Positions 1 through 8,200 of a stretch of DNA of 52,813 nt are shown in pieces. The translations under genes and the position numbers were made by a program. How positions within the stretch are numbered: the first letter of the stretch is position 1; each line of letters opens with the position of its first letter. Below the pieces are notes generated by a model. It saw only the letters and a list, made by a program, of their open reading frames with translations, had not been told where the DNA came from and searched no databases. Source of the DNA: a virus (lineage: Duplodnaviria > Caudoviricetes); IMG/VR virus record IMGVR_UViG_3300037502_004181, positions 1-52,813 of that record. One strand, given 5' to 3'.

Positions 1-1335
1 ATGAGCCAAGCCCACTGGCAAACCAGGCGCGAGCCCAATAACAGTCAGCGCCGAGACGATAATCGCAGTCCCTATCAGAGAGACAGAGCCAGAATTCTGC
101 ACTCCGCCGCCTTTCGGCGCTTACAGGCCAAGACTCAGGTGCTTGGAGTGGGCATGAACGACTTTTACCGCACCCGCCTGACCCACTCTCTGGAAGTCTC
201 ACAAATAGGTACGGGCATAGCCGCCCAGTTGAAGCAGCGCTATCCCGAAATGGCCTTTTTGCTCGACTCCATGAGTCTGCTCGAAGCCCTGTGCCTGGCC
301 CATGATATCGGCCACCCACCCTACGGCCATGGTGGCGAGGTGGCACTCAACTACATGATGCGTGAGCACGGCGGCTTTGAAGGCAATGGCCAGACCTTCA
401 GAATCCTTACCCGGCTTGAACCCTATACCGAACACTTTGGCATGAACCTGACCCGCCGCACCCTACTCGGTGTACTCAAATACCCGGCGCCGGTACGCAC
501 ACTGAAAGTGGATAGACCCCAGCCAGAATTGAGTCACTATCGTCAGCTAAGGCCGAGCCAATGGCCACCTGTCAAAGGGGTTTTCGATGACGATGAAGCT
601 ATCCTCGATTGGGTACTTGAGCCGCTGGACAGTAAAGACAAGCAAAGCTTTCTCAGCCATTATAGTCCGGGCGATGGGCTGCACCGCCGTACCCGTTACA
701 AGTCATTCGACTGCACTATTATGGAGCTGGCTGATGATATCGCCTATGCGGTGCACGATCTCGAAGATGCCATAGTGATGGGAATTGTCACCGGCTCCAA
801 TTGGCAAGAGGATATGCATGCCCCGCTGCAAGCCATTGAAGATGAGTGGATCCAAAGCCAACTCGGAAATATTGAGCTCAAGCTGTTTTCCCGCAAACAT
901 CACTTGCGCAAGGATGCCATTGGGACTCTGGTAAATGCGCTGGTCACCGCCATCAGAATCGACCAGACCCCGGACTTTGCCGAACCCTTGCTCAGGTTTA
1001 ACGCCAAGTTGGAACCGGCCTTTGCTGAGCTATTGGAGCTACTGAAGCAGTTTGTCCTTAAATATGTGGTGCGTAAGCCCGAGATCCAGATGCTGGAGTA
1101 CAAGGGGCAGCAGATAGTGATGGAGCTGTTTGAAGCCTTTGCCTCGGATCCTCTGAGACTCCTGCCCCACAATACCCAATCACGCTGGCAACAGGCCAAC
1201 AATAAAGGCGAAAACAGTCACAGAGTAATAGCAGATTATATCTCAGGTATGACTGATGAGTTTGCCGCCAGGTTACATCAACAACTGTTTAGCCCAAAGG
1301 GCGGTGCCATCATAGACTTGAGCCAGAATTATTGA
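1..1335 (+). CDS. dgt: Deoxyguanosinetriphosphate triphosphohydrolase (dGTPase) family HD-domain protein, host gene
   Basis: [56 protein letters not shown] and DYISGMTD motifs typical of the dGTPase family. Confidence 0.9.
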   Translation: MSQAHWQTRREPNNSQRRDDNRSPYQRDRARILHSAAFRRLQAKTQVLGVGMNDFYRTRLTHSLEVSQIGTGIAAQLKQRYPEMAFLLDSMSLLEALCLAHDIGHPPYGHGGEVALNYMMREHGGFEGNGQTFRILTRLEPYTEHFGMNLTRRTLLGVLKYPAPVRTLKVDRPQPELSHYRQLRPSQWPPVKGVFDDDEAILDWVLEPLDSKDKQSFLSHYSPGDGLHRRTRYKSFDCTIMELADDIAYAVHDLEDAIVMGIVTGSNWQEDMHAPLQAIEDEWIQSQLGNIELKLFSRKHHLRKDAIGTLVNALVTAIRIDQTPDFAEPLLRFNAKLEPAFAELLELLKQFVLKYVVRKPEIQMLEYKGQQIVMELFEAFASDPLRLLPHNTQSRWQQANNKGENSHRVIADYISGMTDEFAARLHQQLFSPKGGAIIDLSQNY

Positions 1336-1703
1336 CCTCAGCATACAAGTGCCGATCAGTTAATAAGGGGCCAAAAAAGTTAAACTGTTAAAGGGATCCC
1401 ATTCATTTATTTCACATGAGTGAGATGCTATTTACACAGGCTTTGCCATATCGCTGTAAAGGGGCGCCAATAACCCGAGCTCATCAAGGCAGGTATATAA
1501 TAGCTGTTATTTTTTGATGATTTATACCAAGGGGAACATGGCGATAGTTTTACCATCATGAATCACTACATGATTGACCATGACCAACCACTATAGATGG
1601 CTGTATAGCTGCGCTGCTGCCTTTTACCTTGATGTATGAAAAAAGAGGTTACTTTTGTTGGGTAGCCATCTTAGAAAATATTCGGAATGCTAGCTGTGAA
1701 AAT

Positions 1704-1739
1704 AAAAAAGAGGCCGCAAAATTGCTTGGCCTCTTTTTT
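1704..1739. terminator. Bidirectional intrinsic terminator, probably the original tRNA terminator
   Basis: aaaaaagaggcc-N12-ggcctctttttt inverted repeat directly 3' of the tRNA CCA end on the minus strand. Confidence 0.75.
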
Positions 1740-1743
1740 AATA

Positions 1744-1805
1744 TGGTACCCGAGGACGGACTTGAACCGTCACGCTGTTACCAGCGAGGGATTTTAAATC
1801 CCTTG
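1744..1805 (-). tRNA. 3' fragment of tRNA-Leu(TAA), prophage attachment junction; not a complete tRNA
   Basis: Minus strand CAAGGGATTTAAAATCCCTCGCTGGTAACAGCGTGACGGTTCAAGTCCGTCCTCGGGTACCA has an anticodon arm (TAA), long variable arm, T arm and CCA; the D arm and 5' acceptor strand are replaced by unrelated AT-rich sequence. Confidence 0.88.
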
Positions 1806-1925
1806 CCTATTCTATGAAAATCAGATATTTGCAAGGCAATTGCCTAATAAGTTTTCATTGTTTAAGGTGTTTAAACGCTTGTTTTTGTTGGTTTGATAAT
1901 TGAATATTAGGCCACTATTTATGAG

Positions 1926-2201
1926 TTAATTTTCAATCGATAGCGGATACCTAGCCTTTATCTCAGAAACTTTATCTCTCCATATCTTCTCCGCTTCCGG
2001 CGTGCCATCGTATTGCCACTCAAGAAAAAGAGGGTCTGATTCTTCCCTGTACGCCTTCTGCCTTTTTTCATAGTTTTGTGATAATTCAAAATCCCTTTGG
2101 CGTATCACCGACTCGATTTGTTCAGAATCCATTCCCAGAGATTTCATGTATTCTTCTGTAAAATCTGTGTGTGTTTTTCCTTTAAATATGTAACTAAACA
2201 T
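1926..2201 (-). CDS. Small phage protein, putative tail-fibre assembly/chaperone (91 aa from ATG 2201)
   Basis: GGAGG RBS before ATG 2201, which overlaps the RT stop; RQKAYREESDPLFLEWQYD...WRDKVSEIKARYP resembles small proteins found after phage tail fibres; function inferred. Confidence 0.55.
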   Translation of the reverse strand: MFSYIFKGKTHTDFTEEYMKSLGMDSEQIESVIRQRDFELSQNYEKRQKAYREESDPLFLEWQYDGTPEAEKIWRDKVSEIKARYPLSIEN

Positions 2202-3471
2202 CTGTTTTCCTCCTGAATGGCTCAGCAAAAAGAGCCTTTTTAAGGTTGTAGGTGCTGGCGTGACCCGCATGGCCAAGCCATGATTGAATGTTCTGATTTA
2301 TATCAGAGAGACTTATCTCGCCTTTAGCGAACTGAGACCGATACTTTTTAAGTTTTGTCTTAATTCGCTTGACGCTGCATTTTCTCAGCAACCTATGGCT
2401 CGAATAAATTCGATACCCGAGAAAGTCCAAGCTCCTGCCGTTACTCGTTGAGATGGGGAAAACCTGCGTCTTGCTGTTCGTTTTTAATCTCAGGTAAAGG
2501 TGCAGAAATTCCTCTATATCCTTTCTCCACTGGTGCAGCACAGCCTTGTCGTGGTGAATGATGGCAAAATCGTCCATGTAGCGGATGTAGTGTTTTGCGC
2601 CAAGTGCGTGCTTTGCATATCTATCAAGCTCGTGCAGATACACGTTTGCAAAAATCTGACTGGTAAGGTTCCCCAGCGGAATGCCCACGCCCATTGATTC
2701 GCAAGGGCTGTTATCAATGATGTAAAACAGCAGTTCAAGCGTTCTCTGGCATTGTATTTTTGCCGCAAGGATAGACTTCAATACCTGGTGGTCTATGCTC
2801 GAAAAGTAACGGCTAATATCCGCTTTTAACGCATACGCCTTGCCATGCTTTGACTCCACCTTCTTAATAAAATATTGAGCCCTGTCAGCGCCTTTGTGGG
2901 TGCCTTTTCCTCGTCTACATGCGTATGAGTCATAGATGTAGGTTTTGTCAAACAGCGGCTCGATAACATTGTATATAGCCCGATGGACAACTCTGTCCTT
3001 AAAGTGCGGGGCTGATATCAGACGGCGCTTCGGCTCGAATACGTAAAAATGGTGATAGGGTGACATTTTATACATACCCCACATCAGCTCGTTTTGTATT
3101 TCTATAATGTTCTCTTCCAGATTATTGAAGAAAACTAGCGTTGCGTTCGCCTTTGTTTTTCCTTTTCGGCATGAGTATGCCGCCGATAAAAGATTCTCAA
3201 AATCAAATATCTTCTCGAATGAGCAGCCCAGTGACGCATCAATGGGCTTTATATCTGTTCCGGCTATGGCCGAGGAGGCGGCATCCTTTTCATGATTGCA
3301 CTGACAGCATCCCTTGGGATGGTTGTTTCTGGCTACATCAAGAGCGGGGCGAAAACCGATGTTACTGTTCGAGTTCGACCGCGCATTGTTCAGATTGAGC
3401 GCGCCCAGCCCGGCGTTCGAGCCATTGTTCCAGTTGCCCCCGCGAAGCGGGAACCGGTTCCGCGTATTCAT
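2194..3471 (-). CDS. DGR reverse transcriptase (bRT-like); ORF includes the TR in frame at its 5' end
   Basis: APHFKDRVVHRA, ACRRGKGTH, LKADISRYFSSIDH, GIPLGNLTSQIFANVYL (DGR-type SQ motif), RYMDD, DFLGY; no intron maturase or endonuclease extension. Confidence 0.95.
   Translation of the reverse strand: MNTRNRFPLRGGNWNNGSNAGLGALNLNNARSNSNSNIGFRPALDVARNNHPKGCCQCNHEKDAASSAIAGTDIKPIDASLGCSFEKIFDFENLLSAAYSCRKGKTKANATLVFFNNLEENIIEIQNELMWGMYKMSPYHHFYVFEPKRRLISAPHFKDRVVHRAIYNVIEPLFDKTYIYDSYACRRGKGTHKGADRAQYFIKKVESKHGKAYALKADISRYFSSIDHQVLKSILAAKIQCQRTLELLFYIIDNSPCESMGVGIPLGNLTSQIFANVYLHELDRYAKHALGAKHYIRYMDDFAIIHHDKAVLHQWRKDIEEFLHLYLRLKTNSKTQVFPISTSNGRSLDFLGYRIYSSHRLLRKCSVKRIKTKLKKYRSQFAKGEISLSDINQNIQSWLGHAGHASTYNLKKALFAEPFRRKTDV
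3343..3459 (-). repeat. DGR template repeat (TR), 117 bp
   Basis: Aligns without gaps to 3897-4013; holds 11 AAC/AAT codons and 24 adenines on the minus strand. Confidence 0.95.
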
Positions 3472-3824
3472 AATGCCGTCCCCTGTTGCTTGGCATTAAC
3501 GGAGCGTATCCAGCCGCCTATCATTTTTCCAAGCTCAACCAGTTGGCCGACCCATATTTCGTATCTCTTGATGTCGATATACCGCAAGTCCTTGGCGAGC
3601 CTGACTCGCCGTTTCAATATGGCAAGCTCGATATCTAAATCGGTCAGGGTCGTCTTCTTGTGGTATCGCTTAAATGCCGTGATGATCAATCTTTGAAGTT
3701 GCAGCATTGAAAGCCTGATTTCCGCGCCTAAAACATGGCGCTCATGTTTTGGAAATTGCTTTATTGCTTGATAGCCGTACATCATCATTTCCCGGCATTT
3801 TTCTTCAATGATTAGCGTTGTCAA
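3468..3824 (-). CDS. avd: DGR accessory variability determinant (Avd, four-helix bundle)
   Basis: Basic ~118 aa helical protein with FPKHERHVLGAEIR, LDIELAILK and ELGKMIGGWI motifs, between target and TR; GGAGG then TTG at 3824. Confidence 0.9.
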   Translation of the reverse strand: MTTLIIEEKCREMMMYGYQAIKQFPKHERHVLGAEIRLSMLQLQRLIITAFKRYHKKTTLTDLDIELAILKRRVRLAKDLRYIDIKRYEIWVGQLVELGKMIGGWIRSVNAKQQGTAL

Positions 3825-3845
3825 CTTGCCTCCGCACAACTAAAG

Positions 3846-3863
3846 GGCGCACTACCGTGCGCC
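3846..3863 (-). promoter_or_regulatory. DGR target-recognition hairpin/cruciform downstream of VR
   Basis: GGCGCAC-GGTA-GTGCGCC: perfect 7-bp stem with a GRNA tetraloop, 21 nt after the target stop codon. Confidence 0.8.
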
Positions 3864-3884
3864 ATCCAAAGAATCAGTTAACAG

Positions 3885-5255
3885 TTACACAAAGAAAGCG
3901 GGGCGAAAACCGATGCTACTGTGCGAGAACGACCGCGCAAAGTTCAGAATGAGCGCGCCCAGCCCGGCGCCCGAGCCATCGTGCCAGCCGCCCCCGCGAC
4001 GCGGGAACCGGTCACCATAGTTTCTAGTGTATAGCACCCCTCCAACAGTCTGGTCTGATGCAGTCTCTAGCAGCAGCTGTCTGAGCAGTTCAACAGGGGT
4101 ATAACCGGCCGATTTTTGCAGAATCTTGAATTCGACAGAGTTGCTATATCCAGAGTTTATGTCGTCACCGACATTACCCATGCGATTTGTCACTGTTGAA
4201 TTGAGGATAGGTGAGCCGCCGGTAGTTGAAGTTGAATCGTAATATGCTGTGTGACGGTTCCATCCAGCCTCTGTTAATGATGGGTTGTTATCCAGCGTTG
4301 TCAGGATTTGGCCGTCATCCAATTTCATCTGGTCAATCCATTCCCAGACGTTGCCGACCAGGTCGCAAATCCCAAACTCTGTATGATCATGGCTCCATGT
4401 TGATGGCCCCTTGCCGGTGCCTGTTGCCCCATTTCCACTGGTGTCGCCAGGTAGTCCGTTATCGGCGCGGCGAGCGGTTTCCCACTTAGCCTCATGGCTG
4501 CGGCCATAGTTCGTATTACCGCGAGGCACAGTGCCATTAGCCAGAGACCAGAGCGCAATGGCGGCCCACTCGTGAATCGACATAAGATGCCAATTGTCAC
4601 CCTTTTGTGTACAAAGCTGTTTTGCAGCGTCGTAGTTAACTGAGGTTCGCGGCTGATTGCCGCCGATAACGGCAGAGCCGCCCGCCGCCGATGATGCCAG
4701 ATATTTGCCGACAAGGATTTCGCCACGAGGCGCTCCGTTTGTGATGAATGCAGGATGCGTTCCGGTGCCAAGATTCAATGCCGGAAGATTTAGATCTTCA
4801 ACGTTGAACCTTGGTATCACACACATGATGTTGGGATTTCCCTGGGCATCATATACGACAGTGTTTCTTCCACCTGAATTTTGTTCGATCGACTTTCGAT
4901 AGCCATCCGTTGCGATAATAGTTAAGTTGCTGACGTTCTGGTTATAGTCAGTCTCAAGTGTGTTCAGCGCATCATCATAGTCATTTATCAGTTCGGATGC
5001 CTGGTCTGCCAATTTCTTGGTATAACCTTGGACAGGAATGATAGAGTACCCTTGGCCTGATTGAGAATTGCTTTTGTAACTCGGATAAATTGATAGTGCC
5101 GAATCACTGGCAATATTCGTTATCTCATAGGTCAGCCCATCAGGGCCAACGAATGCATCACCTACCCGGCTGTTTGCCACCCACGCAGTGCCGCTTCCTG
5201 TTACTGTGGTGGAACCATTGGTTACCGTTACTGTGCCTGTTCTATACCATGCCAT
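3885..5255 (-). CDS. DGR target: tail fibre/receptor-binding protein with C-terminal CLec (FGE-sulfatase-like, Mtd-like) domain
   Basis: N-terminal MAWYRTGTVTVTNGS fibre anchor; HPAF, WHLMSIHEWAA, GICDLVGNVWEW and RGGGW...IGFRPA motifs; VR in the last ~42 codons; follows J. Confidence 0.9.
   Translation of the reverse strand: MAWYRTGTVTVTNGSTTVTGSGTAWVANSRVGDAFVGPDGLTYEITNIASDSALSIYPSYKSNSQSGQGYSIIPVQGYTKKLADQASELINDYDDALNTLETDYNQNVSNLTIIATDGYRKSIEQNSGGRNTVVYDAQGNPNIMCVIPRFNVEDLNLPALNLGTGTHPAFITNGAPRGEILVGKYLASSAAGGSAVIGGNQPRTSVNYDAAKQLCTQKGDNWHLMSIHEWAAIALWSLANGTVPRGNTNYGRSHEAKWETARRADNGLPGDTSGNGATGTGKGPSTWSHDHTEFGICDLVGNVWEWIDQMKLDDGQILTTLDNNPSLTEAGWNRHTAYYDSTSTTGGSPILNSTVTNRMGNVGDDINSGYSNSVEFKILQKSAGYTPVELLRQLLLETASDQTVGGVLYTRNYGDRFPRRGGGWHDGSGAGLGALILNFARSFSHSSIGFRPAFFV
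3897..4013 (-). repeat. DGR variable repeat (VR), followed by IMH-like divergent 3' end
   Basis: 102/117 identical to TR; after the shared GGTTTTCGCCCCGCT, VR continues TTCTTTGTGTAA and TR continues CTTGATGTAGCC. Confidence 0.95.
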
Positions 5256-5267
5256 TTTTAGCCTCTA

Positions 5268-8200
5268 TTAAGTATTTTCTGTGGCGATTAGTGATAACCG
5301 CTGAGTTTTAAATGGGACGCTACCCGCGTTATAGGTCGTCACGCGAGCGCGGTAATAACGTGTTGCTGTTGTTTGGTCTGAGTCGGTAAAAGTGGCGCTA
5401 CCCGATAGGTTTGATGAGCCGATTCGGTCTGTTCCTTCTTGCGAAATTGTCCACGAACCACCGCATAAAATGGTTTGTACGACTGACCATGTTTTACCTA
5501 AATCTAGTGAGCGCTCTAATACGACAGTGCCGCTGGTTGAGCCGCTAGAAGATGTACCTGTTTGGTTTAAAAAGAATGAGCCGTGGCATTGCAGCGATAC
5601 GGCGATAGTGATGACGCCGCCTAAACTGCCGAACGTGGTTTCGACTGCTGCCGTTGAGCTGAGCTGAGATGATGTAACGGCATTTTTGTAGTCGCCAGTG
5701 GTGATGGCGCCACCGAAATAGGCGCTGCCATCTACTTTGCGGTATGACGTGGCATTAGCTTCGGTGCAGTTACTGATATCGCCCACATCAGGCCCAAACC
5801 ATTCCAAGAATTGATTGCTGCTACCAAACCCAATACCAAAGACCTGCAGCGAACTGCCAATACGTTGGATAATGGTTTTGTTATGAAGTGTTCCAATAAC
5901 GGCATTATTCATGTAGACCATGCCGTTCTGCACCACGAATGGTGACGTAACTGTGGTTGTTCCTGTGGTTTGATTGAGAATTGCAAATCTGTCAGCTAAA
6001 ACGAAAAAGTTAGACTGAAGGCCTGCAGAGCCGTTCTCATAGCTTAGCCCAAACCCTGAAGCATAGTATTTGCCATCAGCAGTGATATTCATGCTGACTT
6101 TCCACATTGCTTCGATATTGCCTTCAAGGTCTGCCTGAGCCTGAGACACTTGCTGAATCGCTGTGGTATTGTTGCCTACCGAGGATTGCAGCGTCGTTAT
6201 GTCCTGAGCAAGAGCGCTATCCGCATCAGCTCTGGCCGTAGCCTCAGACTGAATTGCGGCAGCGTTGTCTCCTACCGAGGATTGCAGCGTTGTTATGTCT
6301 TGGGCAAGAGCGCTATCCGCATCAGCTCTGGCTGTAGCCTCAGATTGAATCGCGGCTGCATTAGTTGATACGCCAATATTGGCCGCATCTGCGGCAGCTT
6401 GTGCCGCAGCAGCTGAAGCCTGAACAGTCGTTATGTTTTGAGCTAATGATTCATCAGCTGTAGTCCGAGCAGTACTTTCCTGCTGAATTGCTGCTGAGTT
6501 GTTTTTTGACTCTGCTGATATGGTAGTAATTTGACGCGCAAGCGCTTCATCCTCTGTTGCCCTGGCCTCCTGCTCTACGCGGATCGCAGCCTTTGACTTC
6601 CATCCGGAAAGAACATCAGCAAGGCGGCCATCGCCAGTGTCTTCCACCGTCGCCTGAACTGTATTTATTTTCCTGCTCAATACACTATCAGCATTGGCTC
6701 TGGCCGTAGCCTCAGACTGAATTGCGGCTGAGTTGTCTCCGACAGACGTTTGCAGCGTTGTTATGTCTTGCGCTAACGCACTATCAGCATTGGCACGGGC
6801 CGTAGCCTCAGACTGAATTGCGGCAGCGTTGTCTCCTACCGAGGATTGCAGCGTTGTTATGTCTTGGGCAAGAGCGCTATCCGCATCAGCTCTGGCTGTA
6901 GCCTCAGATTGAATCGCGGCTGCATTAGTTGATACGCCAATATTGGCCGCATCTGCGGCAGCTTGTGCCGCAGCAGCTGAAGCCTGAACAGTCGTTATGT
7001 TTTGAGCTAATGATTCATCAGCTGTAGTCCGAGCAATACTTTCCTGCTGAATCGCGGCTGAGTTGTTTTTTGACTCTGCTGATATTGTAGTAATTTGACG
7101 CGCAAGCGCTTCATCCTCTGTTGCCCTGGCCTCCTGCTCTACGCGGATCGCCGCTTTTGACTTCCAACCAGCAAGAACATCAGCAAGGCGGCCATCTCCA
7201 GTGTCATCATCGCGATAGGCGGCGATCATGGTGTCAGTGCGTGAAGTGTTGGCTTCTAGCTTGCCGTCAATCAAATCAACAGAGTTCTGAACATCTGTCA
7301 TTTGCGCCGTGAGTGCAGCTACCGCCTCACCAATACTGGCGTAATCACCTACATACTCCCAATAGTTGGTATCTGTTGGCAGAGTTCCAGCAGGAATGTT
7401 GTCCTGCTTTGCCCGGTATATTGATATACCTGTTCCGTCGTCGTAGGTGACGAATTCGCCGCTGTTATATACCGTTGAGGCGCTCCACTCTCCTGCCCCA
7501 GAAATGTCAGCCAGCTGCTGGTTTATACTGTCAATGTTTGCCTGGATCTGCGGTATTTTGTCTATTTCAATGTTTATGGAATCAAGGTTTGACTCAATTC
7601 CAGGTATTTTTTCTACCTCTATATTTATAGAGTCAAGGTTTGATTCGATTCCTGGTATTTTTTCAATGGGGTCAAGCAGACTCTGGGCCAGTTCGCTTTC
7701 TGATATCTGCCCAGTAAGGTAGTCGAGTATTGTGCCTGCATCTGATGATGATGCGCCCTGTACATAATCAGACCAGGGGCCAATGTTTCCTGTTCTATCG
7801 ACTATCCTGGCCCTGAACCAGAAGGCAATACCTGCTGCCAAACCGGTTATCGTGTGGTTGTCGAGTGGGTAAGCATACTGCCCAAGCAGAGCCTCATTGG
7901 CGCCATTGTTGTCAGTTGCATAGTTGATCTCGGTATAAAGCGTATCCTCAGACCCAGGTTGAAACGCCCACTTTAGGCCAATGCCAAATACCAATGAAGT
8001 GGCATTTAGGCTGGCAAGCGCAGGCGGTGACCCTGTTTTTCCTGTAATATCAGTAAGAACTGATGTTGCCGGTTTGGAGGATATGTCAGCAGCATTAACC
8101 GCGGTGACCCTGGCAATGTATTGGCCGGTGTACACTCCCCGCACATCAACGCTTCTTGTACCTGTTCTAGGCAGACGGATCCAGTCGCCAGAGTCTTTCC

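Larger units (their letters stand above)
2194..5255 (-). mobile_element. Diversity-generating retroelement: target(VR)-hairpin-avd-TR-RT
   Basis: Same order as Bordetella phage BPP-1 mtd-avd-TR-brt; adenine-specific TR/VR differences. Confidence 0.97.

Noticed and set aside
1629-1817. 62-aa ORF across the att site
   Set aside because: Runs antisense over the terminator and tRNA fragment; spurious
1744-1830. Functional tRNA-Leu gene
   Set aside because: No D arm or 5' acceptor strand; only the 3' part is present
2194-3471. RT as group II intron, retron or Abi RT
   Set aside because: SQ motif, avd and an adenine-specific TR/VR pair identify a DGR; no maturase, endonuclease or msr/msd layout seen
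6172-7665. J repeats as a second DGR target or a CRISPR array
   Set aside because: In-frame coding repeats with no similarity to TR, no spacers and no cas genes
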